A stretch of DNA of 64,000 nucleotides from Candidatus Binatia bacterium (GTDB taxonomy: Bacteria; Desulfobacterota; Binatia; UBA9968; JAJDTQ01): positions 1,664,001 through 1,728,000 of the forward strand of contig OY762897.2 of the NCBI GenBank assembly GCA_963666515.2. Reading direction: 5' to 3'. Positions 1 to 9,600 of the stretch are shown one piece after another (position 1 is the stretch's first letter; each line of letters begins with the position of its first letter). Below the pieces are notes generated by a model that made no database searches, was not told where the DNA came from, and saw nothing but the letters and a program-made list of their open reading frames with translations. The position numbers and the translations under genes are program-made.

Positions 1-989
1 TTCTTGAACTCCATCTCCTCGTTCACCGCGGCGATGCACTCGTCGATGCACGACCTGAACCGCTCGATGTCGTCGTCGGCGTACTCCTCCGCCAGCAGCG
101 GGTAGAGGGTCTCGTAGGTCAGCACGTCCTGGGTCTCGAACAGGTTCCAGCAGGTGGCGGTGACCGCGGCCTTGTTGATGCCGGCGACCCAGTGCACTTC
201 CTCCACCGACTCGGGCTTGCACTTGAACAGCACGGTATCGCCGGCCTCCGTGCGGACGTACCACACGGCGCCCTCGACGCCGGCGATCTTGCCGTCCTCG
301 GCCGGCCGGTTGCCGCTCTCCATCCTTTCGCGGATCGCGGCGTACTCCGCCACCGGATCGTTCCCCGCGGCCAGAGTGCCGTGCAGGGTCGCCACCGGGA
401 CGCCCCGGCCATCCAGGGCCGACGGCGACAGCGGCTTTCCCCCCTCGGCGACGCCGAACAGCAGCACGCAGTCCAGGGGTTCGTCGTACAGGATCAGATG
501 GGTGTTCCGCCGGCCGTAAAGCTCGAAGCCGATGGAGCAGCCGTTGACCTCCACCAGCTCGGGAATCACCGGATAGCGCAGCAGCATCTCCCGCCACATG
601 TCCAGGAACGCGCCGAACCGCCCGTTTCGCAACACCGGCGACAGCCGCAGCTTATAGGTCAGGTAACGGCGCCCCCGGGCGTCATGGTAGGCGTACGACA
701 GCACGTTGGTGCCGTCGTATTTCTCGAAGACCTCGATCTCGCGGACCGGCGGGAAGTTGAACTTGCCCTGCCGGTCGAAGGGGTAATGGAGCTTGGGCGT
801 GGCGAAGACGATCTGCGGCGCAGGCTCCTCGTTGACGTGGGTGACGGCCAGCGCCCCGTAGCGATGGTCCGGCCTCTGCGACAGGAAGCCCCGCATGGCA
901 ACGTCGTTGAACGGATCGACGACGTCGAACTCCTGGAGCCACTTGGGTTCCAGGGACAGGGCTTGGGCCGCGGTTTCGATGTCTTCCAT
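1..989 (-). CDS. ATP-dependent RNA ligase-like nucleotidyltransferase (3' end outside window)
   Basis: Hand translation from ATG at 989 (MEDIETAAQALSLEPKW...) stays open to the window edge. Ligase motifs appear in order: EKYDGTN (I), FELYG (III), LLFGV (IIIa), EGAVW (IV), FKCK (V). Not in the ORF track because it has no stop in the window. Confidence 0.75.
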   Translation of the reverse strand, partial: MEDIETAAQALSLEPKWLQEFDVVDPFNDVAMRGFLSQRPDHRYGALAVTHVNEEPAPQIVFATPKLHYPFDRQGKFNFPPVREIEVFEKYDGTNVLSYAYHDARGRRYLTYKLRLSPVLRNGRFGAFLDMWREMLLRYPVIPELVEVNGCSIGFELYGRRNTHLILYDEPLDCVLLFGVAEGGKPLSPSALDGRGVPVATLHGTLAAGNDPVAEYAAIRERMESGNRPAEDGKIAGVEGAVWYVRTEAGDTVLFKCKPESVEEVHWVAGINKAAVTATCWNLFETQDVLTYETLYPLLAEEYADDDIERFRSCIDECIAAVNEEMEFK

Positions 990-1045
990 GACTATCTTCG
1001 TACAGGAAAACTCCGGACCCGCAAGCCCGCACACCGCCGCGGGCG

Positions 1046-2380
1046 TCACGACGGCCGCATGTCGCGGATGCGCCTCACCTTGATGCGGTTCTCGACTCCC
1101 AGGGACCGGGCCAGCTCTCCCGGCGGCAGCAGCGCGGCCTCCATGGTGAGACTCGTGGCCACCTTGAGTTCCCGCTCCAGCCGCGTCTTGATCTCGCCCG
1201 TGGCATCGCAGCCGGGGCGCATCTCCACCTCCACCGTCAGGGTGTCCCGCTGACCCACGCGGTCCACGGTGACCCGGTATTCGCGGGTCAGCTCCGGCAA
1301 CCGCTCCAGCGCCGTCTCCACCGACGTCGGATAGAACGGGATGCCGCTCACCTTGACCATGTCGCTCAGGCGGCCCTGGAGCTTGGAGATGCGCCGGAAG
1401 GTCCGGCCGCAGCCGCATTCGCCCTCGATGAACGTGCACAGGTCCTCGATGTTGTAGCGGATCACCGGCGCCGCCTCCTTGAACAGGCAGGTGACCACCA
1501 GCACGCCCTCCCGGTCCGGCGACACGGGCTCGTGGGTGACCGGGTCCAGCACCTCGAAGATGTAGGCGTCCTCGTTCACGTGGTAGCCGTTCCGCTCCTC
1601 GCACTCGAAGGTCGGCGAGCCGGTCTCCACGCTGCCGAAGTTGTCGTAGGCGGACACGCCCCAGCGGCTCTCGATGGCGCGCCGCGCCGGCTCCGTCATG
1701 GTCTCGGAAGTGTGGATCGTGCGGCGCAGGCGGAAGTCCTTCCTGAGATCGAAGCCCTGCCCCTCGGCCACGTCGGCCAGGTGGAGCACGTAGGACGGCG
1801 TCCCGGCCAGCACGGTGACGCCCCAGTCCCGGGCGATCTTCACCTGTCGCTCGCTCGGGGTGACGCTGCCGCTGCCCGTGGGCACCACCAGCGCGCCGAG
1901 GCGCATGGCCCCCTCCGAGGCGGTGAAGCCGACGATGAACAGCGTGTAGGCGAACAGTATCTGGAGGATGTCCCCTTCCCTGACCCCCTGGGCGTGGAAT
2001 CGCCGGCTCCACAGCCGCGCGATGATGTCCCAGTCGTTGCGGGTGAAGAAGAACGGCTTGGGGTTGCCCGAGGTGCCCGAGCTGGCCTGCACCCGCACCG
2101 CGGCGAAGTCGCCCTGGTAGTCGCCGAAGGGCGGATGGAGCCGCAGGCTGTCCTCGAAGTCGCTCTTGCGGATGACCGGGAGCTTGCGGATGTCGCCGGC
2201 GGTGCGGATGTCGCCCGGCTCGATTCCCGCCGCCTTCCAGCGGTCGCGGTAGAACGGAATGCGGTCCCAGGAGCGCTGCACCAAGGCGGCCAGGCGCTCG
2301 CCCTGCAGTTGGCCGATGACCTCCGGCGGACCGGTTTCGATCTCCCGGCTCTCCGGTGCGCCGGGGTACGCCGGGATCAT
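1046..2380 (-). CDS. Phenylacetate-CoA ligase (PaaK-like) / AMP-dependent ligase family
   Basis: SSGTSGNPK loop, DNFGSVE, PVIRYNIED, GRLSDMVKV. Start overlaps the upstream stop (ATGA). Confidence 0.85.
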   Translation of the reverse strand: MIPAYPGAPESREIETGPPEVIGQLQGERLAALVQRSWDRIPFYRDRWKAAGIEPGDIRTAGDIRKLPVIRKSDFEDSLRLHPPFGDYQGDFAAVRVQASSGTSGNPKPFFFTRNDWDIIARLWSRRFHAQGVREGDILQILFAYTLFIVGFTASEGAMRLGALVVPTGSGSVTPSERQVKIARDWGVTVLAGTPSYVLHLADVAEGQGFDLRKDFRLRRTIHTSETMTEPARRAIESRWGVSAYDNFGSVETGSPTFECEERNGYHVNEDAYIFEVLDPVTHEPVSPDREGVLVVTCLFKEAAPVIRYNIEDLCTFIEGECGCGRTFRRISKLQGRLSDMVKVSGIPFYPTSVETALERLPELTREYRVTVDRVGQRDTLTVEVEMRPGCDATGEIKTRLERELKVATSLTMEAALLPPGELARSLGVENRIKVRRIRDMRPS

Positions 2381-4881
2381 CGAAGATTTTCCCGAATGCT
2401 CCGCCGCGTCAGGAACTCGCCATACGACGCGAAGGCCGCATCCACCGTCTCGGGCGTGAGGCCGTAGTCCTCCAGGGCGTAGCGATGGCGCTTCTCCTGC
2501 CGCCGGCGCTCCGCCTGCCGGAACAGCCAGTCATCCATGGCGTCAACGGTCCCCTGCTCCAGCGCCCAGTCGAACCGTTCATACACGCTGCGCACCACGG
2601 CCAGCGGATCCTCCACCAGATCGACGTAGTTCACGTCCATCCAGCGGTGCTCCAGCTCGGGATGGGATTCACGGAACTGCACCGCCCGGTCCATCATGCC
2701 GCTCATGAGGGCCAACATCTCGGCGCCGAGGTCGTTCCGCGGAGACGCCTCGCTGGAGAGCGAGCGCGCCTTTTCCACAAAGCTGCTGAAGGAACCCATG
2801 AATTGACCGGGGTTGCGGTGGGTCTGGATGAAGAGGGCGTCGGGGTAGGTCTCGACGAGCGTCTCCAACTCCATGAGATGAAAGGGCATCTTGAACAACC
2901 ACTGCCCCGGGTGCTCGGGCTCGCGCTGCCGGCGCTGCCAAGTCAGGTTCTGCATGATGCGGAGGTGATGGGCGTAGGCATGCATGCAACCGGCAGCGGC
3001 CAGCCAACGGCCGAACTCCGGGACATGGAACTGGACGGTCAGAGTCCATGAGCCGAAGGCCATGTTGAGTATCTGGAATTCCTCCGCCGGTTCGTTGACG
3101 TCGAAGTCGTGGACACCCTCGAAGAGCTCCACGATTCTGGATACTTCGAACATTTCCTCGAGGCGTTTCCGACGCGGATCGTCGAGGGTTCCACCGACCG
3201 CAGCATATTCGTCCTTCGACAGGGTCGGCGCACCGTACTCGTAGCCTCGCGGCGACCAGAACCGCCGGTCGCGGGCCATGAGCCGGTGTAGATAGGTGGT
3301 GCCGGTACGGTTGATTCCCACAATGAAGATCGGGCGCCGGATCTCCTCCCGCTCGATCTCCGGGTGCCGGCGCCGTTCACCCGCGAACCCGGCGTTGTTG
3401 CGCAAGAGACGGCTCAGGCCGAAGATCGTGTCGGCAAGCTTGTCCTCCAACAGCGCAGCATCGGGCGCCTGCAAGGCCCGCACCAACTGCTCCAGGTTGC
3501 GGCGCATCCATGCAGGATACACCTGCTCAAAGGAGACGCCGTTGCTGTCGGCATAATGCTCGGCCCGGGTCATCAGACAATCGAAGTCCAAACGGCCTTT
3601 CGACACCGGATGCGGCCATTGCCACCGATGATCCATAACCCATTGGTAGGAGCGTCTCAGCCTGGCCAACGTGCCCGGCCACTTGATCGGATGCGGGCAG
3701 TCCTCCCGGATGGCGCGGTCACAGACCGGCACCAGGTCCTCTCGCTTGTCCCTGCTGAACCAGTATTCCCCGAAGTGGTCGAGCACGGCCCAGTGCCCGT
3801 GAAGCGGGGAGTCCTTGCGCGCCTGGCAATCGCGCTTGAATGACTCGTAGGAGACTTCGGGCAGGTAGGTCCCGAAATCGGCGAGCTCGAGGTCAAGAGA
3901 ATCGAGCTTCGGGTTGCAGCAATGGTAGATCGTGAACCGTCGCTCGGGATTCAGGGAAATGGCCGTACAGACCCGGCTCAGCGTATCCACTGCCTCGTTG
4001 CTGGACCGGAACGTGACTCCGGCCGGCATGGTCCCGCATTGAAGCACCGCGCCCAATATCTTCATGGTAAGGTCGTTTGCCTGCACGAATCCCGTGCTGG
4101 ACACGCCGGTCTGCGGCAACCGGAAGATCGCCAACGGCATCCCGGCCTGTTGTGCGAACAGAAGGACCTGCTCGGACGTGAGCTTGCTCCACGGGTAGCC
4201 CAGCAAGCCGATCGGGAACCTTCTCTTCATGCTCGCGAGGTCCGGCTGCATCTGGTGGTCGATGGAGCTGTCCCGGAATTCACGCGCGAAAGCGAAGAAA
4301 TACTGCGGGAAGACGGCCATGGTCGAGGCATAGAACAGGTGCTTGAAGCGTTTCCGCAAGCACAGCTCGATCACGTTGTGAAGGCTCAGCGTATTGAGCT
4401 TGCGTATGGCGAGATAGGAAGAAGCGAGATTGATTTCGGCGGCGAGGTGATAGACCGCGTCGATCCGCTCACAGAGTTCGTTGAACTCCGCATCGCTCAG
4501 GCCGAAACGAGACTCGCCGATGTCGCCGACCACCACGCGGATACGCGACGCGAACGACTCATCCCAGATTTCGGCCTCTTGCAGCGCGTCACGCAACCGT
4601 CGAAACCCATGCTCGGCATCATCCGCCTGCACGACGCAGTGCACTACCAGACCGCTCTCGTGTTGCAAGAGATCGCGCAGAAAGAAACGGCCGATGAAGC
4701 CGGTGGCTCCGGTCAGCAGCACCTCCCGGAAATCGGCCGGCGATACGGCATCGGCCGGCGACTCCTGGCTGACGCAGCCATGAACGAACCGGCGCAAAGA
4801 GTCGACGTCCCTCCGGCATTGCGGCGGCAACGCTCCGACGAGGGGCGGCACCCTTGTATCGAGGGGTGAGATTTCAGCCAT
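2377..4881 (-). CDS. swfB: Thioester reductase (R) + sulfotransferase didomain protein, SwfB-like
   Basis: N-terminal VLLTGATGFIG and GYPWSK (SDR-type R domain). C-terminal IVGINRTGTT PAPS-binding loop and THRNP. Adjacent to PKS and radical SAM genes. Confidence 0.85.
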   Translation of the reverse strand: MAEISPLDTRVPPLVGALPPQCRRDVDSLRRFVHGCVSQESPADAVSPADFREVLLTGATGFIGRFFLRDLLQHESGLVVHCVVQADDAEHGFRRLRDALQEAEIWDESFASRIRVVVGDIGESRFGLSDAEFNELCERIDAVYHLAAEINLASSYLAIRKLNTLSLHNVIELCLRKRFKHLFYASTMAVFPQYFFAFAREFRDSSIDHQMQPDLASMKRRFPIGLLGYPWSKLTSEQVLLFAQQAGMPLAIFRLPQTGVSSTGFVQANDLTMKILGAVLQCGTMPAGVTFRSSNEAVDTLSRVCTAISLNPERRFTIYHCCNPKLDSLDLELADFGTYLPEVSYESFKRDCQARKDSPLHGHWAVLDHFGEYWFSRDKREDLVPVCDRAIREDCPHPIKWPGTLARLRRSYQWVMDHRWQWPHPVSKGRLDFDCLMTRAEHYADSNGVSFEQVYPAWMRRNLEQLVRALQAPDAALLEDKLADTIFGLSRLLRNNAGFAGERRRHPEIEREEIRRPIFIVGINRTGTTYLHRLMARDRRFWSPRGYEYGAPTLSKDEYAAVGGTLDDPRRKRLEEMFEVSRIVELFEGVHDFDVNEPAEEFQILNMAFGSWTLTVQFHVPEFGRWLAAAGCMHAYAHHLRIMQNLTWQRRQREPEHPGQWLFKMPFHLMELETLVETYPDALFIQTHRNPGQFMGSFSSFVEKARSLSSEASPRNDLGAEMLALMSGMMDRAVQFRESHPELEHRWMDVNYVDLVEDPLAVVRSVYERFDWALEQGTVDAMDDWLFRQAERRRQEKRHRYALEDYGLTPETVDAAFASYGEFLTRRSIRENLR

Positions 4882-6610
4882 GGTGCGTGAGTCTCTCTAC
4901 GTGTTCATCCACCGCGAATCGGAAGGTCTCCAATTCGGGCTCTATTTCGTCACCATCATAGCGATAGTCGCCGGGGATCGATCGGTAGCGGGCGTGGACC
5001 CGCGTGAACAACTCTTCCCTGCGGTCGTTGATCGCGTCCACCGGCTCGACGGGATGGGACAGCGTTTCCTTGAACAGGCTCAACTCGGCGGCCAGGAATT
5101 CCCTGAATTCGTGAATCGCCATCTGCTGCCGGGTGATCTTCTCGAAATGGTACCCCAGGGCGGCGAGGCGGATCGCTTCCGGGAGCAGGCGGGGATGCGC
5201 CTCGGAGACCCTGGCGATGAACCGGTTGAAGGCCGGAAGCTGTTCCCCGGAAAGCCTCTTGCGGAGGCCCATGAGTGCCAGGAACAGGGCCTGCTTGCTC
5301 ATCGGCTTCCGCAGGTGCGAGACGGGTCTGAGGTGCTCGAACAGTGTCAGGCAGCGCTTGAAGTAGTTCTCCAGCGTCGGGTCGTAGAGGGTGGTCATCA
5401 CTCGCCGATATCCATCGATCAGCGTCTTGATATCCATCTGCGGCTTGAAGTTGACGGCCGTGGCGACGGTTCCGATGGATACATCCAACAGCCGGTTCTC
5501 CCGGTACAGGCGCTCGTAAAGGTTCGTGTTCTTCAAGGCGGTCAACAGGTAGATGGCGGCCATCGGAATGCCGGCCTCCTGGATATAGTCGATTTGGGCA
5601 TCAAAAGCGTCCACGCCGTCTTCATCCAGCCCCAGTATGAAGCCTCCCTGGACCTGCATCCCCTTGCCTTGGATCTTGCGCACGGCATGGAGAAGATAGT
5701 TCTCCTCCCGCCGGTCGACGTTCTGCGGCTTCTTTACCTTGAGCAGGGCCTGGGGATTGGGCGTTTCGATTCCGAGGAACACGGCGTCGAACCCCGCGTC
5801 GATCATGAGATCCATCAAGGCGTCCGTCCGGGCCAGATTCACGGACGCTTCCGTGATCAGGGAGAAGGGATAGCCATGAGCCTTTTGCCACTCGGCGATG
5901 ACCGGCAGCAACCTGCCTGCTTCGCGCTTGTTGCCGATGAAGTTGTCGTCCACCAGAAAAAGAGGGCCACGCCAACCCAGTCGATAGACGGCCTTGAACT
6001 CGTTCAGCATCTGCTCCGGCGACTTGGTCCGGGGCACGCGCCCGTAGAGCTTGGTGATGTCGCAGAACTCGCAGTCGAACGGACATCCGCGCGAATACTG
6101 CAGGCACATCGAGTGGTAGGCCTTCATGTCGATGAGGTCGAAGCGGGGAACGGGCGCCCGGGTGACATCGGGCTTCCGCGGCTCCCGGTAGATGGCCTTG
6201 GCCGTGCCGTTCTCGAGATCGCGCAAGAACTCGGGAAAGACCTCCTCGGCTTCGTCCAGAACGAAATGATCGACTCCCTCGATCTCCTCGTGATACGTGG
6301 TGGGATAGGGTCCGCCCGCCACCACGGGGAGGCCGGCCCGACGGCATCGTTCGATGACCGCCTGGAGGGACACTCGCTGAACGATCATGGTGGAGGTAAA
6401 CGCCACATCGGCCCATTCCAGATCCGCCTCCTGCAAGGAAGTCGCGTTCATATCCACCACGCGGAGGTCGTATTCCGGGGGAAACATCGCGGCGATGGTG
6501 AGCAAGCCCAACGGCGGAAAGGCGGCCTTCTGACCCAGCAACTTCAGGGCATACTTGGCTCCCCAATAGGCCGGGGGTTGCTCGGGATAAATGAGAAGGG
6601 CATGCGGCAT
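4874..6610 (-). CDS. swfC: Cobalamin-binding radical SAM protein (class B methylase-like), SwfC-like
   Basis: FPPLGLLTIAA B12-binding N-terminus, CPFDCEFC motif, VDDNFIG. Start placed at MPHALL (6610), just after the PKS stop. Confidence 0.85.
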   Translation of the reverse strand: MPHALLIYPEQPPAYWGAKYALKLLGQKAAFPPLGLLTIAAMFPPEYDLRVVDMNATSLQEADLEWADVAFTSTMIVQRVSLQAVIERCRRAGLPVVAGGPYPTTYHEEIEGVDHFVLDEAEEVFPEFLRDLENGTAKAIYREPRKPDVTRAPVPRFDLIDMKAYHSMCLQYSRGCPFDCEFCDITKLYGRVPRTKSPEQMLNEFKAVYRLGWRGPLFLVDDNFIGNKREAGRLLPVIAEWQKAHGYPFSLITEASVNLARTDALMDLMIDAGFDAVFLGIETPNPQALLKVKKPQNVDRREENYLLHAVRKIQGKGMQVQGGFILGLDEDGVDAFDAQIDYIQEAGIPMAAIYLLTALKNTNLYERLYRENRLLDVSIGTVATAVNFKPQMDIKTLIDGYRRVMTTLYDPTLENYFKRCLTLFEHLRPVSHLRKPMSKQALFLALMGLRKRLSGEQLPAFNRFIARVSEAHPRLLPEAIRLAALGYHFEKITRQQMAIHEFREFLAAELSLFKETLSHPVEPVDAINDRREELFTRVHARYRSIPGDYRYDGDEIEPELETFRFAVDEHVERLTHHG

Positions 6611-6614
6611 GGCG

Positions 6615-9600
6615 TCAACGGATGGCGAGGTCTTTCGCGGGGTCCGATTCAACACCGGCCCATGACGGGAAATGCTCCTCCGGGGAATTAGCGAAAACGG
6701 ATGGAGTGCGGCGAACACGACGTCCGCCGGCTACGGACGCATCTTCGGACCCGGCCGCACCCGTCTCGGCCGGATCCTCGGCGGCGTCCTTCTTCCCGTG
6801 GATGATGTCCTGCGCCAACGAGAGCGAGGAAGCCGTGGTCATCAATTCCAGTGCGCTCACCCGGTGGTTGAACTGCGTCTGGATGAAGGTCCCCAACTCG
6901 GCCACCGAGATCGACGTCAGCCCGAAGCTCGACAACGGCTCCTCCACGCCGCCCTCGTCGTGGCCGCAGAGTTCCGCCACCTTGGCGGCGATCTGCGCCA
7001 CCACGGCGTCGACCGTCATCTCCCCGGCCGCCCCCACCTCGAAGGCGTCCTGGTTCGGCAGCAAACGTCCGATGCGCATGTAGTCCGGGGAGTCGACCCT
7101 CCACGCCGGGCTCTCGAACAGGGCCGTGATCAGGTGGTCCCGGTCGGGCATGGAGCGCATGGCGTAGTCCAGGTTGGAGACGGCGAACTGACTGCTCACC
7201 GGCGGAATGCCGGCCGCCCTCATCAGCCGCAGCACCGGGAGGCTGCGCGCGGCCATGCCGGCGTCGGCAACCGCGGCCATGTTGTAGGCCAGACCGGGCA
7301 GGCCCCGCCGCCGGCGGTACGCGGCCAGGCCGTCCAGAAAGGCGTTGGCGGCGCTGTAGTTCACCTGTCCGGGATTGCCCAACACCGAGGAAGTCGATGA
7401 GAACAGCACGAAGTGGTCGAGGGCGCAGGCGGCGGTGGCCCGGTGGAGATGGAGGGCTCCGGAGGCCTTGGGGGCGAAGACCTTTGCCACGGATTCCTCC
7501 GTCATGTCCACCAGCAGGCCGTCGTCGAGCGCGCCGGCCAAGTGAAACACGCCCTTCAGGGGCCTCTTCAATCCGGCGATGCAGCGTTGGACGTCCTCCT
7601 CCACCGCTACGTCGCCCGTTACGATGTCGAATTCGACCTCCTCATCCATGTAGGTCAAGGCGCCCGACCGGCGGATCCAATCGGCATCGCGGCGGCGCTC
7701 TGGATCGCGGTCCATGAGCGTGAGATGGCGAGCGCCGGCGGCCACCAGGTAAGGCAACAATCGCATCCCGAAGCCGCCCAGGCCGCCGGTCACCAGGTAG
7801 GTGGCGTCGGGGTCGAGGAACGGCCGCACTTCGGCCACCGTGAACCCGGCATCCTCGGACGCTTGCGGCGCCTTGAGCACCAGCTTTCCCTGATGCTGGC
7901 CGGTGGTCATCAAGCGCAGCGCCTTTGCGTAGTCCCTGTACGGAAAGACGGTTACCGGCAACGGCGGCAGCGCGCCTTGATCGAGCAGGTCCAGGCAAGC
8001 CTGGGAGAGTTGACGCGTGAGGAACGGGTCGTCGATCATCAAGCGGTCTACGTCGATGGCCGCGAAACGAAGGTTCTTGCGGAAGATGCGCAGACCGAGA
8101 TCGTTGTCCTGGTAGATGTCCACCTTGCCGATCTCGCAATGCCACCCGCCCGGCCGCAGCGCCCGCAGGCACAACTCGACGTGGCGCCCGGCCAGGGAGT
8201 TCAACACGACATCGACGCCCTCGCCGGCGGTGGCTTCCATCAGGCCGTCGTACCAGTCGAAGCGGTGCGAATCGAAGGCCGCGCGTGCGCCCAAAGCCCG
8301 CAATTGATCGCGCTTGCTCTCGCTCCCGGCCGTGGCGTAGATCTCCGCTCCCGCGTGCCTGGCAAGGGCGATGGCGGCCTGCCCGACGCCGCCCATGGCC
8401 GAGTGGATGAGAACGCGTTGGCCCTGCCGCAAGCGGGCCAGGTGGATCAGCGAATAGTAGGCGGTGACGTACACGGACAGCGATGACGCGGCCTCTTCCA
8501 TGCTCAGACGGGCGGGCTTGCCGAAAACCAGGTGTTCGTTGAGCACCACGCGATTGGCGATGCACCCGCCCGTGGTGAACGCCACCTCGTCGCCCACCCG
8601 GCAATGGGCCACGCCCGGACCGACGCGGCGGACGGTGCCGGCGCCCTCGATGCCGACTTCGCGGCCGAGAGCCGAGCGCTCGTACGCCAGCGCCGGCAAC
8701 AACCCCAGGGTCACCATGACGTCGCGGAAGTTGAGGGCGGCTGCCTCCATCTCTATTTCCACGTCGCGCGGCTTCAGCGCCGGAAGCTCGCGGGTCTTCA
8801 TCTCCAGGCCGGTGACTTGGCCCGGGTTGTCCAGGGTGAGCCGGTACGCGGCTTCCTCACCGGCCGGCACCCGCGGGTATCGGTCCCGGATGCTGACCAG
8901 CCGGGGCGCCCACAAACGGTTCCGGCGCACCGCCAATTCGCGCTCGCGTAGATCGCAGCGGGCGAGGCGCGCCAACGTCTCGATATCTTCGGAAGCGCCC
9001 AGGTCCACCAGACGGAACTGGATGCCGGCTTCCTCGCCGACCTCGATGTCCATGCTCCGAATCGCTCCCCACAACGCGCTGCCGCGCGGCTCCGCCACGT
9101 CGAAGGCGGCCCCGTGCGTCACCACGGTCAAGCGGCAAGGATGGTCCGCGTGTTCCATCCTGGCGAGCACCAGGGCCCGGACAAGGGCGATGAGTCGCGC
9201 CGATACCTTCTCGCCCGTCGGATCCTCAGGGTCGCTGCCGCAGAAGAAGTCGATGGCTCGCACGTCGGTGACTTCCGGCCACTCCGCAAGCGACTCGAAA
9301 TCTCCCGCGGCGACGGTCTCCCAGGGGATCCGGCGCAGATCGGGCGCGTCGAGCAGGGAGGCCCAGTCCTCTGCCCAGCTCTCCGCCTCGCCCAGAACCC
9401 ACCGCGGACCAGGAAGATCCCCTGTCTCACGCGCATCCGGACGGGCCTGGGGCGCCTGCAGCAGTGTGGTGCGCCGGCCCGCGCGAACCGTATCCCAGCC
9501 GGCGCCCGGCTCGATGACCTGGCCGTCGTCGTGGCAGACCAGGGCCAAGCCGCCGGCGACCGCCAGCCTGTTCAGGAAACGCCACTGCTCCGGCCCGAAG

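Noticed and set aside
192-1253. 353-aa plus-strand ORF
   Set aside because: Antisense shadow of the RNA-ligase-like gene and the CoA ligase; no motifs.
6611-6718. Longer N-terminus for the radical SAM ORF
   Set aside because: It would overlap the PKS 3' end by about 100 bp; family similarity starts at MPHALL (6610).
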